A DNA stretch of 64,000 bases from Squalus acanthias. Taxonomy: Eukaryota. Positions 37,001 through 48,000 of this stretch are shown in pieces; positions within the stretch are counted from its first letter, which is position 1; every line of letters starts with the position of its first letter. The stretch covers positions 141,982,001 through 142,046,000 of the forward strand of contig CM059432.1 of assembly GCA_030390025.1 (NCBI GenBank). The letters are read 5' to 3'. The translations under genes were made by a program, and so were the position numbers. The notes under the pieces were generated by a model. That model had not been told where the DNA came from, did not search any database, and saw nothing but the letters and a program-made list of their open reading frames with translations.

Positions 37001-37625
37001 TCCTGGCATGCTCTTCTACACTCCTATTGAACCAGGGTTGGTCCCCTGGCTTGATGGTAATGGTAGAGTGAGGGATATGCCAGGCCATGAGGTTACAGAT
37101 TGTAGTGGAATACAATTCTGCTGCTGCTGATGGCCCGCAGCGCCTCATGCATGCCCAGTTTTGAGCTGCTATCCCATTTAGCATGGTGGTAGTGCCACAC
37201 AACACGATGGAGGGTGTCCTCAGCGTGAAGACAGGACTTTGTCTCCACAATGACTGTGCGGTGGTCACTGCTACCAATACTGTCATGGACAGATGTATCT
37301 GCGACAGGTAGATTGGTGAGGACGAGGTCCAGTAGGTTTTTCCCTCGTGTTGGTTCTCTCACCACCTGTCGCAGGCCCAGACTGGCAGCTATGTCCTTCA
37401 AGACTCGGCCAGCTTGGTCAGTAGTGGTGCTACGGAGCCACTCGTGATGGACATTGAAATGCCCCACCCAGAGTACATTCTGTGTCCTTGCTACTCTCAG
37501 TGCTTCTTCCAAGTGGTGTTCAACATGGAGGAGTACTGATTCATCAGCTGAGGGAGGGCAGTAGGTGGTAATCAGCAGGAGGTTTCCTTGCCCATGCTTG
37601 ACCTGAAGCCATGAGACTTCATGGG
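34057..37625 (-). mobile_element. Zenon-like LINE (APE, RT core, C-terminus, 3' UTR), 5'-truncated, interrupted by CR1 34763-35735
   Basis: VGHFNVHH, LLDLVLTN, GSSDH, KAMGPDNIP, NYRPISLL, QFGF, LDIKAAFDRVWH, GVPQGSVLGP, FTDD. Confidence 0.92.
34763..35735 (-). mobile_element. CR1 LINE 3' portion, same subfamily as 31537-33405
   Basis: Near-identical ORF2 C-terminus and 3' UTR. Confidence 0.92.
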
Positions 37626-37945
37626 GCCTCGGCTTAACGTCTCATCCGAAAGACGGCACCTCAGACTGCACTGGAGTGTCAGCCTCAGATTTTTGTGCTC
37701 AAGTCTCTGGAGTGGGACTTTAAAGCACAACCTTCCAATGTTCCCTGTATTTTTGGGGGGACGCGCGGCCCCTTTAACGGACTGCGCGGCCCATTCAAAA
37801 TTCTATGCATGTGCGTTTTTTTCAATTTAAAACCCGGCTCACCGGCTGTGCGGGAGCTCAAGAGCCATGTGGCTGCGCGGCTTAAAGGGAACATTGTAAC
37901 CTTCTGACTCAGAGGCGAGATTGCTATCTACTGAACCACGGCTGA
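37624..37945 (-). mobile_element. Deu-type SINE 5' part, interrupted by a MITE
   Basis: Head CAGCCGTGGTTCAGTAG..TCTGAGTCAGAAGGTT on the minus strand. Confidence 0.8.
37736..37896. mobile_element. hAT-type MITE, CAATGTTCCCT-TIR family
   Basis: TIRs CAATGTTCCCT / AGGGAACATTG; 8-bp TSD CAACCTTC / TAACCTTC. Confidence 0.9.
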
Positions 37946-37949
37946 AACA

Positions 37950-38190
37950 CAGGTAGCGCCCTCAACGTAGTAAAACACCCCAAGGCGTTCCACAGGAGCG
38001 TAATCGGAGAAAACTTGTCACTGAGCCAGATAAGGAGATAGTAGGACAGGTGACCATCAGCTTGGTGAAAGAGGTAGGTTTTAAGGAGCGTCTTAAAGGA
38101 GGAGAGAGAGGCGGAGAAGTGGAGAGGTTTAGGGAGCGAATTCCAGAGGAAAGCGAGGTGTAGTCAGCTACACCTGTGGTGGTGGGTAGG
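37950..38190 (-). mobile_element. L2 LINE 3' fragment
   Basis: Homologous to 1810-2045 (AAAGAGGTAGGTTTTAAGGAG..TCTTAAAGGAGGAG). Confidence 0.75.
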
Positions 38191-38471
38191 AGGGTGCTGG
38201 TAACTCGGCACAGGACAACTCTGCTGCTGCCTGACCTGCCCTGCCATCCCTCCGCTGGTCCACTGGCATCCCCAACATTGGAAAATAGCGCGCAGGGTGG
38301 CATGACTCCTCATTATAACATTACAGCGAAGCTCCCTGCCCCTGATTTTCATGCACCATGACGCAGTGCAAATCCAGTGGAACAGTTGTCACACCAAATT
38401 TCCTGCTTTGTCATGCTCCATAAACCAATGTACCTGGGGCATAACCGAGATGTAAAATCTCCCCAGTGTTT

Positions 38472-39110
38472 TTACATAGAATTTACAGCACGGATGGTGC
38501 CCCTCCCCTTGGTGCATTTCTTGCAGCAGAACCTCCAAGGCATCACCATTCAAAAAAGGGAGTTACATAGAATGTACAGAAAAGAAACAGGCCCCATTCG
38601 GCCCAACTGGTCTGTGCCGGTGTTTATGCTCCACACGAGCCTCCTGCCACCCACTTCAGCTCACCCTATCAGCATATCCTTCTATTCCTTTCCCCCTTAT
38701 GTCCTTATCCAGCTTCCCCTTAAATGCAGCTGTGCTATTCGACTCAACCACTCCCTGTGGGAGCGAGTTCCACATTCTAACCACTCTCTGGGTAAAGAAG
38801 TCTCTCCTGAATTCCCTGTTGGATTTATTGGTGGCTATCGTTTATTCATGGCCCCCTTGTTCTGGTCTCGCCCACAAGTGGAAACATCTCTATTTCTACC
38901 CTATCGAACCCTTTCATAATCTTTAAGACCTCCATCAGGTCACCCCTCAGCCTTCACTTTTCTAGAGAAAAGAGTCCCAGCCTGTTCAATCTTTCCTGAT
39001 AGTTATAACCTCTCAGTTCTGGTATCATCCTTGTAAATCTTTCTTTCACCTTCTCCAGTGCCTGTATATCCTGTTTTTAATATGGAGACCAGAACTGCAC
39101 ACAGTACTGT
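38472..39110 (-). mobile_element. CR1 LINE 3' portion with appended 3' segment
   Basis: QYCVQFWSPY and 3' UTR homologous to 11600-12200. Confidence 0.87.
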
Positions 39111-39112
39111 AA

Positions 39113-39843
39113 GGGGGAGAAATTGGCTCCCTTTGCGCCTCCCGTTATCGCCTCCGGGGGGCGGTAACGGGGCGCTAACCACTTACCGCCCGGGCACGGC
39201 GAGAATATCACCTCCCTGCTAAATTCGGCGGGAGGTTTCTGGCAGCGGTATGGCGTTGCGCCCCGATCTCCTTCGCCCGGAGAGCGTGACGTCATCGCCG
39301 TGCGCGTCGCCCCGGTAGCGCCCCGGACCCGAACTTCGGTTCCGCCCCCTGCAGCATCGCCGGGCGACGACACCGACAGCTGCAGGAGGCGTTGATCGGG
39401 AGGCCGGGCCGGGCGCTTCGGGGGGCGAAAGTTAAAGGGGAGGTTGCCGAGCTAAGTCCCCAAATTTTTGAAATGGTTTTGCTGAATTTTTTTTTTTCCT
39501 TCTCCTGGGCCGCGATCGATCAGCCCGGCACTCTGCTGGAGTGCATGGGGCTGATCGGGCCGAATCGCGGCCACCGTCAGGGACCAGGTGACTGGTCCCA
39601 ATGCAGAGCCTTTAAGGGAGGGAAGGAGCCTCAGAACACGGCAGCGCCGCACGACTCGTTGTGCAGCGCTGCACAACCACCACCCCACCTGCGTCCTTTA
39701 GCGCTCCAGGAAGGAAGTGGAGCGCTTGATTTAATGCTAAACCCAATTTCGTGAAAGCTGAGAATCATTAGCGCCTGGTGCTAAGTTTCCCAGCTTTCAA
39801 AGGTGACCGCCCCCAAATGGGGCGATAATTAATTTCTCCCCCC
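39113..39843. mobile_element. GC-rich PIF/Harbinger-like non-autonomous element
   Basis: TIRs GGGGGAGAAATT / AATTTCTCCCCC; subterminal GCGCCTCCCGTTA..CGCC and CCCCAAATGGGGCG shared with the 28461 and 30112 elements; imperfect TSD. Confidence 0.8.
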
Positions 39844-39939
39844 TAGTGTTTCCTCCCGGTTTAAACAGAGGTTGTCGTTGCTACTGTTTAAAATCCTGAG
39901 ATGACACACACGCCCTGTGACGCTGTTATTATTTCAAAC

Positions 39940-40404
39940 ATATTAGTTTCCCGAACCTTTTACTACTGATGGGAACTGACGTGACTAAAAAGCCAACCCT
40001 GCATTTCCTGGGAAAGGGAGGGGTAAATTTCTGGAAAATTTCAAAAATCAATTCGCAAGCCCTCTCTTTCTGCTGTATCATGTTGGGAGTTTTTTTTTAA
40101 AATAGGGGGAGGCAAGCGATTCTAATCAGGTTGCTCATGGAGTGACTTCAGATCAGAACCACTTAACAGAGAGGGTGATGTACAGCCGGTTAACGTACAT
40201 TGATTGTACTCTCAGCCTACTGGTTCCCCCCTTGCCACCATTGTACATGGTGCAGGCCGGCAGATTATAAAATGCTCCATGTGTCACTCTGATCGCAGTA
40301 CCAGGGTGTAGCAAACTCACCCGATTCTGCAAGCAGATCTCCCATGTACTTCCTGATATCAGAAGATGCTGGCAAGAAAATGCAGAAGAACATGCAGGTG
40401 AGTC
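39940..40404 (+). promoter_or_regulatory. Candidate Pol II promoter and first exon
   Basis: Non-repeat sequence with CRE-like TGACGTGA (39977), STAT-like TTCCTGGGAA (40005), MEF2-like TTTAAAATAG (40096), TATAAAA (40266) and consensus donor CAG|GTGAGT (40398). Confidence 0.4.
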
Positions 40405-40907
40405 TTAAAAAGAAATGAGCTTCTATAAAAAAAAATTGCTGTAAGACCGCAAAGAAATTCTGTTCAGTATTTTTTTAAAGATTTTGGATTAAAATGCAAT
40501 TTTCACTCTGTTGAATTTTTAAAAGAATGTTATTTTTTTTTTTTTACTTTTTTCACACACTTCTGCCCTCAGTTAATCACTGCATCGTGAATCCGTACTT
40601 ATTCATATACTGCTGATATTATTCACACTGTCCGAATTAAATTTTAAGATTTATTAAATCGGAATTACTAAGGGTTCTGCGTTTTAAAAACAGCCACATT
40701 GCGTTTTAATTAATGCTCCAGTAACATTAAACCTCGCCTCCATAACTAGTAGGTAGTCAAGCGCTGAAATGGTTGGCCTCAAAAAATGGATCTGTAATTG
40801 TAATTATACATGTAGGTCATAAATGAACGAATTCAGAAATGTTTCCTATGCATCATCAGTTCAGTGTGAGGCTCTGCAGACATTTCCCTTTCCCCTCCTT
40901 TGCATAA

Positions 40908-41003
40908 TAGCAGAAAATGCTGGAAATACACAGCGGGTCAGTCAGCATCTGCAAAAGAGAAAAGACGGGTTAACGATTTTGGGTGTGTACCCCTTCATTC
41001 GAA
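40908..41003 (-). mobile_element. Degenerate Penelope-like end fragment
   Basis: CAGAAAATGCTGGAAATA..CAGCATCTG..GTTAACG..ACCCTTCAT resembles the left arm of 16060-16279. Confidence 0.6.
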
Positions 41004-41519
41004 CTCCTTTTCCCCCCCACCGCCTCCCCACCCCGCCATCCCTCCCCGCCCTCCCTATAATTCAACAAAACCGGTTTTCTCCCACACAGTCTGACAAGTG
41101 CAGACAAAAGGTAACAAAAATAATTACGCATTGCAAGTGAAACGGCTGCACCACTTGAGGCATTTATCAAGATTGGCTGGTGTGATTCTTGTTCGAATCG
41201 TACATCATCTGAGTTTCAATTGAAGACGGGCGTAGCAGGAGGAAGTTGAATCACAGATAGCTTGCAGATACCTGTAGGTTTGCTTTTGTGCTGTTCTTTT
41301 TTTTTCTCTAACAACAGAAATGAGCATTAGCCGGAAGTCTACTGCAGAAAGAACGGCCCGCTCATTATTTGCAATTATTTAAAGGCTAGACCCTGACAAA
41401 GCCGAGGTGTTTCAGGCTTGTCATCTCTAACCTTCTAACGGATGGTAGCATCTCTGAATGGCGCTGCAATCATTTTCATTACTTCCGTTTGAAACTGGCT
41501 GGTACAGAAATGTTACAAC

Positions 41520-41748
41520 GGAGTTTTCCCCAGTGTCCTGGCCAACATTTATCCCCCAACATCGAAAACAGATTAACTGGTCGTTATCTCATTGCTGCTT
41601 GTGGGAGCTTGCTGTGCGCAAATTGGCTGCCGCATTTCCTACATTGCAACAGTGACTGCACTTCAGAAAGTACTTAATTGGCTGTAAAGCGCTTTGGGAC
41701 GTCCTGAGGTCACGAAAGGCGCTATATAAATGCAAGTTCTTTTTTTTT
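41520..41748 (+). mobile_element. Deu-type SINE 3' half
   Basis: GTGTCCTGGCCAA..AAAGGCGCTATATAAATGCAAGTTCTTT. Confidence 0.85.
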
Positions 41749-42074
41749 TCCTTTTATCTGATGTATGCAGTAACTTTCGAGTGCGGTATGCTTCCTACTT
41801 TTCCCGCATCTGGAACAGGGTAAGGCACACACGCGATATCCAAAAACAATATTGAGTCGAAAGACACACTTCAGTTCCAAACCGCTTGGGCTTCAGTTTT
41901 CCAATCTAGTTTGGAACTGCTATCTCACTGTCAATCAATTTCTTAATTTTGTCAGGAGAGCAGGAAACAGCTGGTGATCAATGATTGGCATAAAAAGGAT
42001 ACAAAATAAAAAGAATGCAAGTGAGCCCCTCAGTTGGCATTGGACCAGCAGAGTCAGGTAGCATAAAAATTGAC

Positions 42075-45000
42075 AGTGAATATAGATACTACTTGCATTA
42101 TTGGTATGAGGCTAGTAGTAATGGAAATAAATATAGGACTAACATTAATGGAAGTTAAGATAGGACTAGCATTAATGAAAATGAAAATTGGACTTGCATT
42201 ATTCGTGATGAATATAGGATTGGTTCAATGGCAACTCATATAGGACGAGGTTTACTGGTAATAAATATAAGACTGGCATTAATGGTAATGAAAACAGGGC
42301 TAGCATAATAATAATAAAAGGACTTGTATTAATCCAAATAAATATAAGGCACACATGAATGATAATAAATATAAGGCTAGCATTAACGATAGTAAATATG
42401 GGGGTAGTATTATTGGTAACAAATATAGGGATAACATTATTCATGATATAGGGCTATCATTAATGGTAATAGATATAGCGCTATCATTAATGGAAATAGA
42501 TATAGGGCTATCATTAATAGTAATAGATATAGCGCTATCATTAATGGTAATAGATATAGGGCTAGCATTAATGGTAATCGATATTGGGCTAGCATTAATA
42601 GTAATGATATAGGGCTAGCATTAATGGTAATGATACAGTGCTAGCATTAATGGTAATAGATACTGGGCTTGCATTAATAGTAATGATATAGGGCTAGCAT
42701 TAATGGTAATAGATATAGGGCTATCATTAATGGTAATAGATATAGGGTTATCATTAATGGTAATAGATATAGGGCTAGCATTAATGGTAATACATATTGG
42801 GCTATCATTAATAGTAATGATATAGGGCTAGCATTAATGGTAATAGATATAGGGCTATCATTAATAGTAATGATATAGGACTATCATTAATGGTAATAGA
42901 TATAGGGCTAGCATTAATAGTAATGATATAGGGCTAGCATTAATGGTAATCGATTTTGGGCTAGCATTAATAGTAATGATATAGGGCTAGCATTAATAGT
43001 AATGATATAGGGCTATCATTAATGGTAATAGATATAGGGCTAGCATTAATGGTAATCGATATTGGGCTAGCATGAACAGTAATGATATAGGGCTAGCATT
43101 AATAGTAATGATATAGGGCTAGCATTAATGGTAATAGATATAGGGCTAGCATTAATGGTTATAGATATTGGGCTAGCATTAATAGTAATGATATAGGGCT
43201 AGCATTAATGGTAATAGATATTGGGCTAGCACTAATGACAATGATGTAGGGCTAGCATTAATGGTAATAGATATTGGGCAAGCATTAATGGTAATAGATA
43301 TAGGGCTAGCATTAATGGTAATAGATATTAGGCTAGCATTAATAGTAATGATATAGGGCTAGCATTAATGGTAATAGATATAGGGCTAGCATTAATGGTA
43401 ATAGATATTGGGCTAGCATTAATAGTAATGATATAGGGCTAGCATTAATGGTAATAGATATTGGGCTAGCACTAATGACAATGATGTAGGGCTAGCATTA
43501 ATGGTAATAGATATTGGGCAAGCATTAATGGTAATAGATATAGGGCTAGCATTAAAGGTAATGATATAGGGCTAGCATTAATGGTAATAGATATAGGGCT
43601 AGCATTAATGGTACTAGATATTGGGCTAGCATTAATGACAATGATATAGGGCTAGCATTAATGGTAATAGATATTGGGCTAGCATTAATGGTAATAGATA
43701 TTGGGCTAGCATTAATGACAATGATATAGGGCTTGCATTAATGGTAATAGATATTGGGCTAGCATTAATGGCAATAGATATAGGGCTAGCATTAATGTAA
43801 TAGATATAGGCCTAGCATTAATGGTAATAGATATTGAGATAGAATTAAAGGTAATCGATATTGGGCTAGCATTAATAGTAATGATATAGGGCTAGCATTA
43901 ATAGTAATGATATAGGGCTAGCATTAATGGTAATAGATATTGGGCTAGCACTAATGACAATGATGTAGGGCTAGCATTAATGGTAATAGATATTGGGCTA
44001 GCATTAATAGTAATGATATAGGGCTAGCATTAATAGTAATGATATAGGACTATCATTAATGGTAATAGATATAGGGCTGTCATTAATGGTAATAGATATA
44101 GGGCTAGCATTAATGGTAATCGATTTTGGGCTAGCATTAATAGTAATGATATAGGGCTAGCTTTAATAGTAATGATATAGGGCTATCATTAATGGTAATA
44201 GATATAGGGCTAGCATTAATGGTAATCGATATTGGGCTAGCATTAATAGTAATGATATAGGGCTAGCATTAATAGTAATGATATAGGGCTAGCATTAATG
44301 GTAATAGATATAGGGCTAGCATTAATGGTAATAGATATTGGGCTAGCATTAATAGTAATGATATAGGGCTAGCATTAATGGTAATAGATATAGGGCTAGC
44401 ATTAATGGTAATAGATATTAGGCTAGCATTAATAGTAATGATATAGGGCTAGCATTAATGGTAATAGATATAGGGCTAGCATTAATGGTAATAGATATTG
44501 GGCTAGCATTAATAGTAATGATATAGGGCTAGCATTAATGGTAATAGATATTGGGCTAGCACTAATGACAATGATGTAGGGCTAGCATTAATGGTAATAG
44601 ATATTGGGCAAGCATTAATGGTAATAGATATAGGGCTAGCATTAAAGGTAATGATATAGGGCTAGCATTAATGGTAATAGATATAGGGCTAGCATTAATG
44701 GTACTAGATATTGGGCTAGCATTAATGACAATGATATAGGGCTAGCATTAATGGTAATAGATATTGGGCTAGCATTAATGGTAATAGATATTGGGCTAGC
44801 ATTAATAGTAATGATATAGGGCTAGCATTAATGCTAATGATATAGGGCTAGCATTAATGGTAATAGATATTGGGCTAGCATTAATGACAATGATATAGGG
44901 CTAGCATTAATGGTAATAGATATTGGGCTAGCATTAATGGTAATAGATATTGGGCTAGCATTAATAGTAATGATATAGGGCTAGCATTAATGCTAATGAT

Positions 45001-48000
45001 ATAGGGCTAGCATTAATGGTAATAGATATTGGGCTAGCATTAATAGTAATGATATAGGGCTAGCATTAATGCTAATGATATAGGGCTAGCATTAATGGTA
45101 ATAGATATTGGGCTAGCATTAATGACAATGATATAGGGCTAGCATTAATGGTAATAGATATTGGGCTAGCATTAATGGTAATAGATATAGGGCTAGCATT
45201 AATAATTATTATATAGGTCTAGCATTAATGGTACTAGATATTGGGCTAGCATTAATAACAATGATATAGGGCTTGCATTAATGGTAATAGATATAGGGCT
45301 ACCATTAATGATAATGATATAGGACTAGCATTAATGTTAATGATATTGGGCTACCATTAATGGTAATAGATATAGGGCTCGCATTAATGGTAATGATATA
45401 GGGCTACTATTAATGATAATGATATAGGGCTAGCATTAATGACAATGATATAGGGCTTGCATTAATGGTAATAGATATTGGGCTAGCATTAATGGCAATA
45501 GATATAGGGCTAGCATTAATGTAATAGATATAGGCCTAGCATTAATGGTAATAGATATTGAGATAGAATTAAAGGTAATAGATATTGGGCTAGCATTAAT
45601 AGTAATGATATAGGGCTAGCATTAATAGTAATGATATAGGACTATCATTAATGGTAATAGATATAGGGCTATCATTAATGGTAATAGATATAGGGCTAGC
45701 ATTAATGGTAATCGATTTTGGGCTAGCATTAATAGTAATGATATAGGGCTAGCATTAATAGTAATGATATAGGGCTATCATTAATGGTAATAGATATAGG
45801 GCTAGTATTAATGGTAATCGATATTGGGCTAGCATTAATAGTAATGATATAGGGCTAGCATTAATAGTAATGATATAGGGCTAGCATTAATGGTAATAGA
45901 TATAGGGCTAGCATTAATGGTAATAGATATTGGGCTAGCATTAATAGTAATAGATATAGGGCTAGCATTAATGGTAATAGATATAGGGCTAGCATTAATG
46001 GTAATAGATATTAGGCTAGCATTAATAGTAATGATATAGGGCTAGCATTAATGGTAATAGATATAGGGCTAGCATTAATGGTTATAGATATTGGGCTAGC
46101 ATTAATAGTAATGATATAGGGCTAGCATTAATGGTAATAGATATTGGGCTAGCACTAATGACAATGATGTAGGGCTAGCATTAATGGTAATAGATATTGG
46201 GCAAGCATTAATGGTAATAGATATAGGGCTAGCATTAATGGTAATAGATATTAGGCTAGCATTAATAGTAATGATATAGGGCTAGCATTAATGGTAATAG
46301 ATATAGGGCTAGCATTAATGGTAATAGATATTGGGCTAGCATTAATAGTAATGATATAGGGCTAGCATTAATGGTAATAGATATTGGGCTAGCACTAATG
46401 ACAATGTTGTAGGGCTAGCATTAATGGTAATAGATATTGGGCAAGCATTAATGGTAATAGATATAGGGCTAGCATTAAAGGTAATGATATAGGGCTAGCA
46501 TTAATGGTAATAGATATAGGGCTAGCATTAATGGTACTAGATATTGGGCTAGCATTAATGACAATGATATAGGGCTAGCATTAATGGTAATAGATATTGG
46601 GCTAGCATTAATGGTAATAGATATTGGGCTAGCATTAATGACAATGATATAGGGCTTGCATTAATGGTAATAGATATTGGGCTAGCATTAATGGCAATAG
46701 ATATAGGGCTAGCATTAATGTAATAGATATAGGCCTAGCATTAATGGTAATAGATATTGAGATAGAATTAAAGGTAATCGATATTGGGCTAGCATTAATA
46801 GTAATGATATAGGGCTAGCATTAATAGTAATGATATAGGGCTAGCATTAATGGTAATAGATATTGGGCTAGCACTAATGACAATGATGTAGGGCTAGCAT
46901 TAATGGTAATAGATATTGGGCTAGCATTAATAGTAATGATATAGGGCTAGCATTAATAGTAATGATATAGGACTATCATTAATGGTAATAGATATAGGGC
47001 TGTCATTAATGGTAATAGATATAGGGCTAGCATTAATGGTAATCGATTTTGGGCTAGCATTAATAGTAATGATATAGGGCTAGCTTTAATAGTAATGATA
47101 TAGGGCTATCATTAATGGTAATAGATATAGGGCTAGCATTAATGGTAATCGATATTGGGCTAGCATTAATAGTAATGATATAGGGCTAGCATTAATAGTA
47201 ATGATATAGGGCTAGCATTAATGGTAATAGATATAGGGCTAGCATTAATGGTAATAGATATTGGGCTAGCATTAATAGTAATGATATAGGGCTAGCATTA
47301 ATGGTAATAGATATAGGGCTAGCATTAATGGTAATAGATATTAGGCTAGCATTAATAGTAATGATATAGGGCTAGCATTAATGGTAATAGATATAGGGCT
47401 AGCATTAATGGTAATAGATATTGGGCTAGCATTAATAGTAATGATATAGGGCTAGCATTAATGGTAATAGATATTGGGCTAGCACTAATGACAATGATGT
47501 AGGGCTAGCATTAATGGTAATAGATATTGGGCAAGCATTAATGGTAATAGATATAGGGCTAGCATTAAAGGTAATGATATAGGGCTAGCATTAATGGTAA
47601 TAGATATAGGGCTAGCATTAATGGTACTAGATATTGGGCTAGCATTAATGACAATGATATAGGGCTAGCATTAATGGTAATAGATATTGGGCTAGCATTA
47701 ATGGTAATAGATATTGGGCTAGCATTAATAGTAATGATATAGGGCTAGCATTAATGCTAATGATATAGGGCTAGCATTAATGGTAATAGATATTGGGCTA
47801 GCATTAATGACAATGATATAGGGCTAGCATTAATGGTAATAGATATTGGGCTAGCATTAATGGTAATAGATATTGGGCTAGCATTAATAGTAATGATATA
47901 GGGCTAGCATTAATGGTAATAGATATTGGGCTAGCACTAATGACAATGTTGTAGGGCTAGCATTAATGGTAATAGATATTGGCAAGCATTAATGGTAATA

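Noticed and set aside
39113..39843. CpG island or host gene with GC-rich ORFs 39077-39754
   Set aside because: Bounded by TIRs shared with other Harbinger-like elements; ORFs have no recognisable motifs
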